A DNA stretch of 64,000 nt, taken from the IMG/VR virus record IMGVR_UViG_3300014205_000203; one strand, written 5' to 3'. Shown in pieces: positions 36,701-46,719 of the stretch. Each line of letters begins with the position of its first letter. The first letter of the stretch is position 1. Below the pieces are notes generated by a model, which worked only from the letters and a program-made list of their open reading frames with translations, searched no databases and was not told the origin of the DNA. The position numbers were made by a program, and so were the translations under genes. The DNA comes from an uncultured virus (IMG/VR IMGVR_UViG_3300014205_000203) (Duplodnaviria > Heunggongvirae > Uroviricota > Caudoviricetes).

Positions 36701-36828
36701 TTGTAAATAGATTGCAACCCAGCATCCAAATTTTTGGCAACACGGGAGTACGCAATAAACTCAACAAGATCGTTAAGGTCGTTGCGTAGTGTGGTATTCT
36801 TTACTAAACAAGAAATATCAAGCATCAC
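33712..36828 (-). CDS. Large helical protein, putative injected (cargo) virion protein
   Basis: 1038 aa, follows the giant polyvalent genes. C-terminal HhH-like ILPGIGPKT. Confidence 0.55.
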   Translation of the reverse strand: MMLDISCLVKNTTLRNDLNDLVEFIAYSRVAKNLDAGLQSIYNDIRMSGIEVDLQTIGFIYNDVLPKSYAQFDSDHDVNEYALKSYNDAINRAARLEAPEQLERQIGQNSPDLEVVNGILNMFTKLNTEISDPIYSDMRMMQEALWKGIQRKLNLTNSAVPKDQKDWEELLTQALGYENLGMTDINGRLNGIDDLFNSMKDQLDTATQEMEAKGDYATAQKWREMTGKLKASAYSLLFSKQEAKTFITSIMKEAGYGKELKDGKTVIDWKKLSNETGSVLDIYNNIDRVMRDKGYSDSVIDGVQDSFVNELNDLNAKIVEWRLKQMENKSEALNRASNKKTDLKRLAELNNLGIFQSAHDKLLSSVVGISDLQAQDLADLEELAKAASNLYREIDKNYGNDVFASSALQTIQRHIDRIVQRNINNKSVLMRIISAIKNFMDILLTGMLMGPLTIMENWLSGIKETMTPILSGKAKFTNTEDREVYRSVLADVIVRGQAYGEEVGSFAPRELYSNSLRWKWKGGTLKDKAESVLYGLMAPARLGLLGFDSANKAVITNKTFHNAMYQALLQHGKTEEEAANILNEALHGKKFEDAKTDASDILNNINTQLSAKYAIPVNNSTITRLANDLVKANLNTDGLFTDRAKAIEIVVSTLKGSYHVAGYGLGHEPNNPLSKMIKDARDRMVKGEEKLRSAKKWDRLAWHKLGSTFMNGMILRFTGGATNWVVLRAQSGLGLGIASGFLGGNANADIDFKNTDTIKQSIRERLGARNQIGRGMAGLSYTLMGYVVYYLLTKGGDDDRERKKKRLEELSKYVQTPEVKLEIKQLTSEASIMQQIKSSYMGNRLFKKVSPDLMLLQYYVQTDKNAWMGATNYVIKTSGIASDFSTASKFNDAMNYYRNNEIDPGNGALASIAGDRTAVPLWRAYKDWYKLGNWIVGNNVSSDFKKPTNISEGIFGGGALEDWGVYQRNSSITILPGIGPKTIERYKTLGIENMGDLEKNPGWENMMYINEKGQPEFILDSDDRKAAKAAAEKWIKEN

Positions 36829-39800
36829 TTACATTTATCAATGAAATTTTTAATTTTGTCAACTATGCTGCTCATGCCTCCCTTCTTCGCAATTTCATCT
36901 GCTTTTGCAGCTGCAGTTTTTTGCGCTTCAACCGGCGACATAGTTTTTTTATTCTGTTTCTTCTTTATGTTGTCAGCTTTTTTTTCTGCCGCCTCTGCCT
37001 CTGCCGCATCCTTCTCCTGCTGACTGATTTTACGAAATTCTTCAATTCCCGCTTGAACACGACTTTCAATATCGGCCTGTTCAGCTTGTAATTTACGTAA
37101 TAAGTTTTGGTCTTTAATTTCACGTTCTTCAAGTATTTGGTTAGCAAATAGATCACCCATATATTTATCACGATACAACCGTAACAATGCACCGGCAGAA
37201 ACCTCTTTACCTCTTTTATTCATGTACTCCTGATAATACTGTGTAACTGCATTATCCAATCCACGCAGTTCATCTACCCTTTCTGGATTACGGTTTATTT
37301 CTTCCCGAATTTCTCCCAGGAAGGTTGCCATCAGCACTGCTTTTTTAGCCAACAGTTCTTCATCACCACTCATGCCTTTAATATAATTGAAAAGAGGCTG
37401 GCCGTAATCGGATAGATCGCTGCCCCATTTTCCCATTGCGGCACCAATCATATTTTTACCATCCTGCAACATATCAACACGGCGCTGGGTGAGGTAGCTT
37501 TGATCTCCTTCTGGAGCATAACCCAAAGCGGAAGTAATTGTATTACCGGAAAGCATATCCTTCACTTCGCCAGAGGTTGACATTTGATAATCACCGATCG
37601 GGTCCCGGCTTTCCCATTCTTCATAATCTTGTTGGTTGTCCTCCTGTTCTTCTTCCTTCTGGCGCTCTCTTAAAATATCAGCAACAGCACGGGTAGAAAA
37701 TTCTTCAAAGGTTAAATTTTGAAGTTCTGCAGAAGTAATATTGTCAAAGCCTAAAGCATTTTTGATAGCATTCCATAAAGATTTTAACCATGCAGTAATG
37801 CCTTCTTTTCTTGCTTCTGTTACAAACTGGGCTCCTTTATCTCCAATAGCCATAGCAAGAGCCTCATGCTGATAAAACCTTTCTCTTTCATCCTCTGCAA
37901 GTTTTGCAGCCTGTTGTTGATAGAAAGGATTTGATTTTACTTTGTCCAGGTACGAACTGCCAGAAACAAGTTCAATACCACGGTTATAAATTTCTGGTCT
38001 GTTTTGTTGTGCCCAATTAGTCCAGATATGCCCAGCTTCATGGATGGGGGTATTAGGATTAAGATGTTTACCGTTAAGATAAATTTTACCGGCATGAGTA
38101 AATCCTAAAATTTTACCTTCTGGTGAATACTGAAAGAAAACATCATCCAACTTGTATTTTTTAATTATATCCTTAGCTTCCTGCATTTCTGAATCTCTAA
38201 AAAATTCTTGTAACACAGGGGTTCCTTCCGATATATAAATACCTATCATCCTTTCAATAAACTTGTGTGCATCATATTCAAGACTACCTTTTCTATCATA
38301 CTCTATGCTATCGTATTCTTCCTGTGTAGCATAATCCTTTTGGTCAAATTCCACTTTACTGGAATACTGTGCAGCATGGGCTAATTCTGTTACGAAATCA
38401 TCAAAGCTGGCAATGTTACCTAATTGAATATTTCCTTTAAAAATATCGGCTGTCGCATAAGGCCGCTTTCTGTTAGCCAAATCATATTTCGTCCTTAAAA
38501 TATCAGGCTTACCGAAACGCTCCCATAATTTTAAAGCCCGTTCTATAACTTCCTTTGGCGCAACTTCATCATTAACAGCATAAGATTGTTGCAACAACTC
38601 AACAACAGTATTTTTAGTAGAAATATCAACTTTAGGGTTTGATGTTGAAAGAGTAATTGTAGTTAACGCAGCAGCTACAAAGTTCCTTACATAATTCTGG
38701 TATTCCACATTGCCCAGTTCTGCGGCTTTATCTTTTAAAGCCTCTGTGTTTGGTAATATCTCAACCCCATTGCCATTAATAGCATTAAGGTTACTTTCAA
38801 TTCTATCAATCACACTCATTACCATAGCAAAAGGTGTATCTTCTCCCCGGCCATATTCGTGGTATGCTTCTTCTACCAGTTTACGCATTTGTGGTGAATC
38901 ATCTTCCAGTTCCGTAGCTACAAGGTTTTGAATATCCACCAGACGATTATTACCCAGGTCTATTTGCTCTTTAACAACTTCCTGCATTTCCTGTATTTCA
39001 TCGGGAGTAGGGCCGGTAACAGAAAATTCAGGTTCCATTTCTGCATCATCCTCATTTGGCCGTCCTTCCTCTTTGTAGGTGAAGAAGCGGAAACCATCTT
39101 GCTTTGCAAGGTTAACCATGTGCCCTAAATTGCCGGAAGTTTTTAAACCCAGTGCATTTGATAAGTCCTGATCATTTGCTATTCTTAGCACCTGACCATC
39201 TGAACGGATAACATATAAATTTTCCAGTTCAAATTCATTAGGAAATTCTTCACGTTCGCCCAGGGCTTCAAGTTCTTCAGCAGAAGGAACACTTTTTTGT
39301 TTTGACATTTCATCAAGCAAAGTGGCTAACCTCAATTGATTTGCAACAGCATCTTCCAGTTCTTTTTGTTTAGGAAATTCGGCTGGTAATGATTCAAGAT
39401 ACTGGCTCTTGTCCTTAATATCTTTTTCATAAGATTTAAGCCACCCCTTTTTTCGGTCAATATCTGGTTGCTGGTTCCTTATTTCACGTTGGAAGTACCC
39501 AGCCAGACTAACAGCATCAACAGAAAAAGACGGGTCGTATGGAACATTAGAAATAGGGCTCTTAACTGTGAAGTATGGCACTAATTGAACTCCCTTTTCT
39601 CCTTCATCCCCCCTCATTTTTATAACAACATCAAAGCCAGCAATATTTCCTATCACTTTTGAATCGCTCTTTACCTCTTTCCAATCTTTCTTTTTTAATT
39701 TAAGAGTTTCAGGATAACGCTGTACAAAATCCCTGATATAATCTTTCCGAACCTGCAGCAGTTTATCTCCGGCTTTTTTACGCTCTGTAAATTCTTCGCC

Positions 39801-42800
39801 GCCAATTGTAATTTTATATTTCCATTCGCCGGTTTTTTCATCCTTTTCAGAATTTTTCTCAAACAGATCTTTATCCTTTTGTAATTCTGAAATTTGTGCT
39901 TCACTATCAGCCATATTCTTTTTGCTCCATGCTATCTTATCTTTCAAGCTGTACTTTTCCTGTTCAAATGCTTTTTTAGAAGCATCCAGGTCTTTTACTT
40001 TTTTATCAATCTTCGCCTTCTCCAACAAGATAGGGTTACCGGAAAGCATGGCCGTCATAGCTGCAAACGAAACACCGTTTTCTTCATCACCGTCGCCCTC
40101 TGATATTTCACGGGCAGCACCTTCACCAGTTTTAGCCTGATTGATGAATTTTTGTTTTGCATCAAGCAACTGGTATTTATAAGCATCCAGAGTTGCTTCG
40201 GTGGCATAATAATAAATAGGTATTTTATTATTGTAGTGATTTTTAATGATAAAGTTACCCTGACGAATATACCTGCCATTCCTTTGCTCCATATCCGATG
40301 GCCTCCACGGTACATCAAGATGATGCCCAGCTACTACTTTATTTTGCACGTTAACACCAGTTCCCAATTTTGAAGTGCTACCAATGATCACCCGTATTTT
40401 ACCGGCACGGGCATCTTCAAACATCTGCGCTCTGGAAATATCACTTTTGTAATCATGGATAAAGACAATTTCCTCACTGGGGATGCCACGTTTGATTAAC
40501 TTATTTTTAAGTTCTTCGTAAATGTTAAAAGTTTCTTCATTTGCTTCATTAACCGCTTCCTCAAACTCTGCTTCTGTGTATTCCAGTTCGGATAATATTT
40601 TGTCCCTTATTTTTTCAAGGGTAGGAAATGTTTGTCTGTCAGAATATGCACCGGCACCAAAAATATTTTCCATTATTTCCCGATCGACACCACGGCTTTC
40701 AAGCAAATCAAAAAGGTTTGCTCTGGTGCTGGCAGCTTTAGGAGTGCCCAGGTCGCTAAATACTAACTGGATGCCTTTAAGGGCATTTGATTCATTATAA
40801 TGCCGGGTAATGTAGTCAGCAGCCACACCTAACTTACCTACTTCAGTACTTGCATAAGATGGGTTTATCAACTTCATATCAATAGCCATCTTAGCAGCTA
40901 AACCAGTTGCCAAAAGCATGTACGACTTTTTCATGTTGTCGTTCATCTTTACGCCGATGTAAGAACCATCTTTTGTTTCTGCAAATTTTTGAATTTTCTT
41001 TGCATACTTTCTTTGCTCTAAAGTAGGAGCAATATTTACCAGCAAACCATCTGACTTTTCACCTTCGGTATAATTTATTTTTTCATCACCATGTACAATT
41101 TGACCGGCATTTGGTACTACCCAATCATCATTACCATCTGACATAAGGCTAATCCAAAATTCATTTTTTTCAATTCCTTTTATGCGGCCAATAACTTGAA
41201 ACTTATTACCCTCAATAGTTACATTTTGGTTAGCCAGAATTTCTTTATCAGTTTTAACACGGAAGGTTTGTTTTGGAACGGGTTTATCCAGTTTTAAATT
41301 GCTGTCATTCCGAACGTCTGAAATCTCCCTGTACATGGCGCTCATTTCAGGCACGTTCATAAATTCACGCATCCTTACTTTTGGCTTCAATGAATTTGTA
41401 ACACCAAACTCAATTTCAGAACCAACCCGAGCAAAAGTATTTGCCCACTGATCGAAGGAGTCAATACCCATTTCTTTCAGCTTATTTGGCCGCAGGTATT
41501 TAAACAGCGAATACATTTCAACCATAGTATTGCTGATGGGAGTACCGGAGGCAAACACAGTTCCTTTATCTGCACCGTACATCTTCTGCAGGGACCGGAT
41601 GGCAAACAGCATATTAAATGCTTTGGCTGAACCTTTGGGGCTACCCAAACCAGATATACCACGCTGTATGGTATTGTATGCAAGGTTTTTGAACTGCTGG
41701 CTTTCATCAACAAACATAAAATCAATACCCATTTCCTCAAAGGTTTTCAGGTAAGGATCTTTGGGCATTAAGCGTAGTTTATTCAACCTATCTTCTAAGT
41801 TCTGCTTCCTTTGTTCCAAACCATTCAATTCACGTTTTGACAGGTCATGATCTTTTGCTATTCTGATATCATTATCAAGAGCCTCAATTTCTGCGCTGAT
41901 AATTTCGTCCTGAATTTCCCGTGATTGCTCAATTTTCCCAAACTGGTCATGTGTCATTACAATAAGATCCCAGTTATTGTTTGCCATTTTTGCAAAGAAG
42001 GCACGGCGATTCTGTGGGGTAAAATCTTTTTCCTTTGGAGAAAGAACCTTACCCATTGGAAAGGAGTTTTTATATTCTCTGGCTAAGTCAGCAGTATTGG
42101 CTTTTAAACCAATAACAATAGGCTTTTTAAACAATCCCATCTCTTTACCCTTGTTGGCTGCCAATGCCATTAAAAGCGTTTTTCCCGAACCTACAATGTG
42201 ATCGATGATACCACCCATCTGTTGTAATATCATCCAAACTCCATCAAGCTGGTGGCTTTTTGGTGTATGCTGACCGGCGTATCCTGGGAAAGAAAGATTG
42301 CTACCATCATATTTTCTGGTAACAACATTATTATAATTTTGATTGTAGTATTCAACCAGATCATTTCTTCTATCATCATCTTGCCATATCCAGTTATCCC
42401 ACGCCTGTTTTATTTTATTAACCTTATCGTTAGCCTCTTTGGTAGCCTGATCATTTACAACGGTAACCTGTGGTGGACCTTTGAATGTATCTTTTACAAT
42501 GGGCATCCGGTTTTGTATCGCTTCTGCCAACAATTCAAAGCCATCCATCCTTGTAGTTCCGTACACATCTGTTATTTCGGTATTGTAGCTGCTATTGCCT
42601 GAAACACTTACACGTCCGGTAGATAGTTTGGTAACATAAACATTCTGTTTGAATATTTGGGATGCAAACTCATTCAGATATTTTGTTGAAATCCACGGCG
42701 CAGAAATAGGAGCATATATTTGAGATGCGTTTAAGTCCTGTGGTTGTGCAGCTTCAAGAGCAACAACATTTTCTTCAAAAAATTTATCCTCTGTGGCTGC

Positions 42801-45800
42801 AGTTTTTGCTTCTCTTAATTTCTTACGTACATCACCAGACAGGTATTTATCTTTGGTTTCAAAATCTCCGGTAATAGGATTTTTATATATCAACCCTTTC
42901 CCAATTTCAATAACTTCCTCGGGTGCTTTACTAAGGAGCCCGGATATTCTATCTAAATCAACACGGCCAGTTTCATTCAGGTTAATGGCTATGGCTTCAT
43001 GAATATCTTTTGCTGATTCTGGTCTGGTAACTTTCTGGAAAACACGCTTTGTAAAAATATCTGCAAGGCTTACTACTTTTTTATCTACCACATTTTCCAA
43101 AGCCAGCATATTGTAACCATCAATATCAATATCAACAAGTGGCTTATTGGATAATAGAGTACCATTGTTTTTTACAAAAGTTTTATATGCTTTATTAAGG
43201 TCTGACCTTTTCCCTTCAATAAAATCAGTTCCCATATCTCCATACTCCGCAGCATACAATTCATTTAAGGCTTTGCGAAGGGGAAGAAGGTCGGTAACAG
43301 CCTTGATATATTTTTTTGCAATTTTTACTGGCTGTACTTTCTTAATTTGGAAATCATCGTAAGTAAGTCCTGTTTGTTGTTTAAGCCATTCATATTCATC
43401 TGGCAGTAGATCATATTCCCTTATCTTATCAGGATTAACACCAACGGAACGGGCTTTTGCATCCAGTTCTTCATTAATGGCAAGTTCATCTGAATAAATA
43501 CCATATTCTCCCGGCGATACTTCAACAATATTACCTGGGCGCTGGCCGTTGTTCTGAACAAACTGCTCAATCTCCTGCTTTACCTCATTGTCTTTTTCTT
43601 GTTGTTCAGTTTCGGCTATTTTAGTTTTAAATATTTTCCCAGCAAGGGCGCTGATACCTTCTTCAAGATTTATACCTGTTGGCAATACTGTTATATCATC
43701 CGAATTTTCAGAACTTCCATACATAGAGAAGGCAACCACTTCACCCAGTACCATATCAGGGTTATCATGGAAATACTCATTGTAGGCAACATTAAACATC
43801 TGGTCCTTATCCTTATGTTTAAGCTGTGCTGTTTTAATTTCTGTGAAAGGATGATCTTGTTTTTTTTCTTCGCCTTCTGCAAACTTGCGTAGGAAGATGA
43901 TATCAGTTGTTACCTGTGTATTTGCATTTCCACGGAAAGAATCATTTGGCAAACGGATGGCCCCTAAAAACTGGGAACGGTCAGCCATCATTTCCCGTAG
44001 GTTGGCATTAATATTTGAATCTAATATGCCGGTACTGGTAACAAAGGCAATTAAACCATTGGGTTTAACGTCCTGCAAAGCACGGGCAAAGAAATAAGAG
44101 TGGATGCGGTTTTGAGATTCTTTTAATACAGGATCTTTCCCCTTTTCAAAATTAATATCGGTAACTTTTACTTTACCGAAAGGAATATTTGAAATAACAA
44201 GGTCAACACTACCTGGGGGAATTGCTACGTCCTGATACCCGGTTATTTTGGAACTGATATTTGGATAAAGCCCTTTTAAAATCTGTCCGGTAATGTTTTC
44301 AACTTCAATAGCAGTAATCTTTGAATTGTCTGCTATATCCCGTGGCATGGCACCAATGAAATGCCCAGTACCGGCACTGGTTTCTAAAATATTACCTCCT
44401 TTAAAACCAGCTTCCTTTAAAATATTGTAGATACCACGGATGATAGGAATAGCGGTATAGTGTGCGTTTTGTGTTGATCTGGTTACAGCATCCAGATTGG
44501 CTTTATAGTTTTCTTCATCAAGTTCTCTTATAACATCATGTGCTTCCTTAATTTTTGAACGAAGTGAAATATTAGATGCCTTCCAACTCATATTGCTGGA
44601 TGGATTAAAGCCTATTTCTTTAATGCCACCCCAGCCAACATATTTGAACAAGGTTTTTTGTTCTTCATACGTAGCCCTTCTTTTTTCTTTTGAAAGACTA
44701 ACCAAAACTCGTAAAGCATCTATATTATCTTGTAGCTTTTGCGCTACATTAAAACTCTTGGTATTTACAAAATCAAGAGGAATAACAAAATTTTGATTGT
44801 GCTGCAGTTCTGAAATAACAGGTTTTTGTTCAGCAGGTTCAGGCGTAGGTTGTTCCATAGATTGGCCTCCCAGTTCTCTATTAAGTTCTTCGTTACCATT
44901 TAAAGGGACATCAGCGTTTCCATCACTGTTTCCTGTGCCTGGTTCGCCGGTGTTCCGTTCCCCACTAAAGTTTCCTGCATCGTTACTGCTGCCTGTACCT
45001 TCTTCACCAGCCACAAGTCCAGCGTTTGGTTGTCCTTCATTTCTTTGTACATCTCCGGGTGTTCCGTTTCCAACCACTCCTTCAGGTCGTTCGTCCACGG
45101 GTGCGCTAATAGCATTTGTTGATTGTCGTCCATTTTTAATATCATTTAAAATGTTATCAAAAGTTACTCCACGTAAATTGGGGTCCATATTATTGGCTTC
45201 ATCTTCGGTAGCTTTTGTGTTATAGTAATATCCATATACGCCGGATAATTCTTCAAAGAAATCTTTAACCTTATCACCCCATCGATCGTGAAGATCTTCT
45301 ACAATATCAGAAAATTTATAAACCCCGGCTTTCATGTAAAGACCAATAAGTTTAACCCCTTTTTCAATTTTAACAGGGTCAATACCTCCACTGGTTAAAA
45401 GATTGCCACCTTTGGTAAAATCATCAAAGGCACTATCAATATCTTTTTTTAATTGTTCATCCCGGATAATTCTTTTTTCTTCTTTGGTGGTAACAGGAGT
45501 ATTGTTTTCATCAACCAGTTTGCCATCTGAAAAATGAAGCTGCTTTATATTTCCTTTTTCATCATGTAGTTCATACTTGCCGTCAGATATAGATGCAAAT
45601 GTTACAATGCCGGAATATTCGCCAATAAATATTTTTTTACCTGTAAGGGCTTTAAATTCTTTATCTGGATTAGGTTTTGACATTTCAGAAATAGAAGGTG
45701 TTATGTATTTTTTTGCCTCATTTCTTAATATCTCGGCCATTTCTTTAGCGGTAATATTATCATGCTTCCATTGATTTGCACCTTTATATTTAGCCTGACC

Positions 45801-46562
45801 TTGTGCAGCAGGTTCTTCCAATCGATAGAAAAAACCTTTGAAAGTATAATTGTCATAATGGGTTGTGTATTCAGGTTCGTACTTAGCCTGAATATACATT
45901 TGGTATTGCGTACCAGGTATGATCATTCTAATAACAATATCGCCACCAGCAGGAGCAATATTAGGATATACAGATTGAAGCTGCCAGCCATTTATTCTGC
46001 CAATTTCTTTGGCGTATTTTACTATTTCATGCTTTGCCTTTTTACCAATTTCTCTATATGGTAACTCATGGTTTATATTTTCAGTTGACCAACTTGCAGT
46101 AAGTTTCCCAACCTTGCTTTGAATTTCATTTAAGGATGCTTCTACCTTTTCGATGGCTGCATCAATTTCTGTTTCCGTTTGAGCATTTTCTCCTTGGTGG
46201 ATAATAGCTTCTGCTGTACTGATGATAACTTCTGTACTGCGCTCTGGTTGGGCAGTGTTGTTGACTGTTGCATTTTCAGCTTCTTTAGTTATTAATTGGG
46301 AAAACAAGTCTATAACTTCCTTCGTTTCCTTTATATTATTTTTTCGTGGTGGTATAGCAGGTAGGTTTGAATCGATTTTATTTCTCAATTCATTATAATT
46401 CACTATTAATTTATCGTAGTGGGCCAGAACAATGGCTTTGCCAATAATTTTTTGTTCTTCCTCGGACAAATCGGTATCGTCAGGAACTTGTCTATCAAAT
46501 TCCAATTTAAGCGCCAGCAACGCTTTGTTCTTAACCTTATCAAAACAATTTATTTTAGCCAT
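36825..46562 (-). CDS. DarB-like polyvalent protein: N6-adenine MTase + SNF2/SF2 helicase + zincin-like domain
   Basis: ILETSAGTGHF and ISNIPF (MTase). HIVGSGKT, FVDESQ, SGTPISN and QRNGRYIRQGN (helicase). PIHEAGH (HExxH). Confidence 0.88.
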   Translation of the reverse strand: MAKINCFDKVKNKALLALKLEFDRQVPDDTDLSEEEQKIIGKAIVLAHYDKLIVNYNELRNKIDSNLPAIPPRKNNIKETKEVIDLFSQLITKEAENATVNNTAQPERSTEVIISTAEAIIHQGENAQTETEIDAAIEKVEASLNEIQSKVGKLTASWSTENINHELPYREIGKKAKHEIVKYAKEIGRINGWQLQSVYPNIAPAGGDIVIRMIIPGTQYQMYIQAKYEPEYTTHYDNYTFKGFFYRLEEPAAQGQAKYKGANQWKHDNITAKEMAEILRNEAKKYITPSISEMSKPNPDKEFKALTGKKIFIGEYSGIVTFASISDGKYELHDEKGNIKQLHFSDGKLVDENNTPVTTKEEKRIIRDEQLKKDIDSAFDDFTKGGNLLTSGGIDPVKIEKGVKLIGLYMKAGVYKFSDIVEDLHDRWGDKVKDFFEELSGVYGYYYNTKATEDEANNMDPNLRGVTFDNILNDIKNGRQSTNAISAPVDERPEGVVGNGTPGDVQRNEGQPNAGLVAGEEGTGSSNDAGNFSGERNTGEPGTGNSDGNADVPLNGNEELNRELGGQSMEQPTPEPAEQKPVISELQHNQNFVIPLDFVNTKSFNVAQKLQDNIDALRVLVSLSKEKRRATYEEQKTLFKYVGWGGIKEIGFNPSSNMSWKASNISLRSKIKEAHDVIRELDEENYKANLDAVTRSTQNAHYTAIPIIRGIYNILKEAGFKGGNILETSAGTGHFIGAMPRDIADNSKITAIEVENITGQILKGLYPNISSKITGYQDVAIPPGSVDLVISNIPFGKVKVTDINFEKGKDPVLKESQNRIHSYFFARALQDVKPNGLIAFVTSTGILDSNINANLREMMADRSQFLGAIRLPNDSFRGNANTQVTTDIIFLRKFAEGEEKKQDHPFTEIKTAQLKHKDKDQMFNVAYNEYFHDNPDMVLGEVVAFSMYGSSENSDDITVLPTGINLEEGISALAGKIFKTKIAETEQQEKDNEVKQEIEQFVQNNGQRPGNIVEVSPGEYGIYSDELAINEELDAKARSVGVNPDKIREYDLLPDEYEWLKQQTGLTYDDFQIKKVQPVKIAKKYIKAVTDLLPLRKALNELYAAEYGDMGTDFIEGKRSDLNKAYKTFVKNNGTLLSNKPLVDIDIDGYNMLALENVVDKKVVSLADIFTKRVFQKVTRPESAKDIHEAIAINLNETGRVDLDRISGLLSKAPEEVIEIGKGLIYKNPITGDFETKDKYLSGDVRKKLREAKTAATEDKFFEENVVALEAAQPQDLNASQIYAPISAPWISTKYLNEFASQIFKQNVYVTKLSTGRVSVSGNSSYNTEITDVYGTTRMDGFELLAEAIQNRMPIVKDTFKGPPQVTVVNDQATKEANDKVNKIKQAWDNWIWQDDDRRNDLVEYYNQNYNNVVTRKYDGSNLSFPGYAGQHTPKSHQLDGVWMILQQMGGIIDHIVGSGKTLLMALAANKGKEMGLFKKPIVIGLKANTADLAREYKNSFPMGKVLSPKEKDFTPQNRRAFFAKMANNNWDLIVMTHDQFGKIEQSREIQDEIISAEIEALDNDIRIAKDHDLSKRELNGLEQRKQNLEDRLNKLRLMPKDPYLKTFEEMGIDFMFVDESQQFKNLAYNTIQRGISGLGSPKGSAKAFNMLFAIRSLQKMYGADKGTVFASGTPISNTMVEMYSLFKYLRPNKLKEMGIDSFDQWANTFARVGSEIEFGVTNSLKPKVRMREFMNVPEMSAMYREISDVRNDSNLKLDKPVPKQTFRVKTDKEILANQNVTIEGNKFQVIGRIKGIEKNEFWISLMSDGNDDWVVPNAGQIVHGDEKINYTEGEKSDGLLVNIAPTLEQRKYAKKIQKFAETKDGSYIGVKMNDNMKKSYMLLATGLAAKMAIDMKLINPSYASTEVGKLGVAADYITRHYNESNALKGIQLVFSDLGTPKAASTRANLFDLLESRGVDREIMENIFGAGAYSDRQTFPTLEKIRDKILSELEYTEAEFEEAVNEANEETFNIYEELKNKLIKRGIPSEEIVFIHDYKSDISRAQMFEDARAGKIRVIIGSTSKLGTGVNVQNKVVAGHHLDVPWRPSDMEQRNGRYIRQGNFIIKNHYNNKIPIYYYATEATLDAYKYQLLDAKQKFINQAKTGEGAAREISEGDGDEENGVSFAAMTAMLSGNPILLEKAKIDKKVKDLDASKKAFEQEKYSLKDKIAWSKKNMADSEAQISELQKDKDLFEKNSEKDEKTGEWKYKITIGGEEFTERKKAGDKLLQVRKDYIRDFVQRYPETLKLKKKDWKEVKSDSKVIGNIAGFDVVIKMRGDEGEKGVQLVPYFTVKSPISNVPYDPSFSVDAVSLAGYFQREIRNQQPDIDRKKGWLKSYEKDIKDKSQYLESLPAEFPKQKELEDAVANQLRLATLLDEMSKQKSVPSAEELEALGEREEFPNEFELENLYVIRSDGQVLRIANDQDLSNALGLKTSGNLGHMVNLAKQDGFRFFTYKEEGRPNEDDAEMEPEFSVTGPTPDEIQEMQEVVKEQIDLGNNRLVDIQNLVATELEDDSPQMRKLVEEAYHEYGRGEDTPFAMVMSVIDRIESNLNAINGNGVEILPNTEALKDKAAELGNVEYQNYVRNFVAAALTTITLSTSNPKVDISTKNTVVELLQQSYAVNDEVAPKEVIERALKLWERFGKPDILRTKYDLANRKRPYATADIFKGNIQLGNIASFDDFVTELAHAAQYSSKVEFDQKDYATQEEYDSIEYDRKGSLEYDAHKFIERMIGIYISEGTPVLQEFFRDSEMQEAKDIIKKYKLDDVFFQYSPEGKILGFTHAGKIYLNGKHLNPNTPIHEAGHIWTNWAQQNRPEIYNRGIELVSGSSYLDKVKSNPFYQQQAAKLAEDERERFYQHEALAMAIGDKGAQFVTEARKEGITAWLKSLWNAIKNALGFDNITSAELQNLTFEEFSTRAVADILRERQKEEEQEDNQQDYEEWESRDPIGDYQMSTSGEVKDMLSGNTITSALGYAPEGDQSYLTQRRVDMLQDGKNMIGAAMGKWGSDLSDYGQPLFNYIKGMSGDEELLAKKAVLMATFLGEIREEINRNPERVDELRGLDNAVTQYYQEYMNKRGKEVSAGALLRLYRDKYMGDLFANQILEEREIKDQNLLRKLQAEQADIESRVQAGIEEFRKISQQEKDAAEAEAAEKKADNIKKKQNKKTMSPVEAQKTAAAKADEIAKKGGMSSIVDKIKNFIDKCK

Positions 46563-46710
46563 TACCGTTGTCGGTTTTTTCTTTATTCTGCATTAATAAT
46601 ATTTCTGTAATATCAGCCAAAGAAAGTGCTATTGATTTTAAAAGGTCCACTACCTCTTTATGGCGCTGTTCCTCAATAATCCTTTGTATTTTTTCATCTT
46701 CTGTTGGCAT
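46555..46710 (-). CDS. Small hypothetical protein (51 aa, not in ORF track)
   Basis: MPTEDEKIQRIIEEQRHKEVVDLLKSIALSLADITEILLMQNKEKTDNGNG fills the gap between the giant ORFs and overlaps the next start. Confidence 0.55.
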   Translation of the reverse strand: MPTEDEKIQRIIEEQRHKEVVDLLKSIALSLADITEILLMQNKEKTDNGNG

Positions 46711-46719
46711 GAGGTAAAT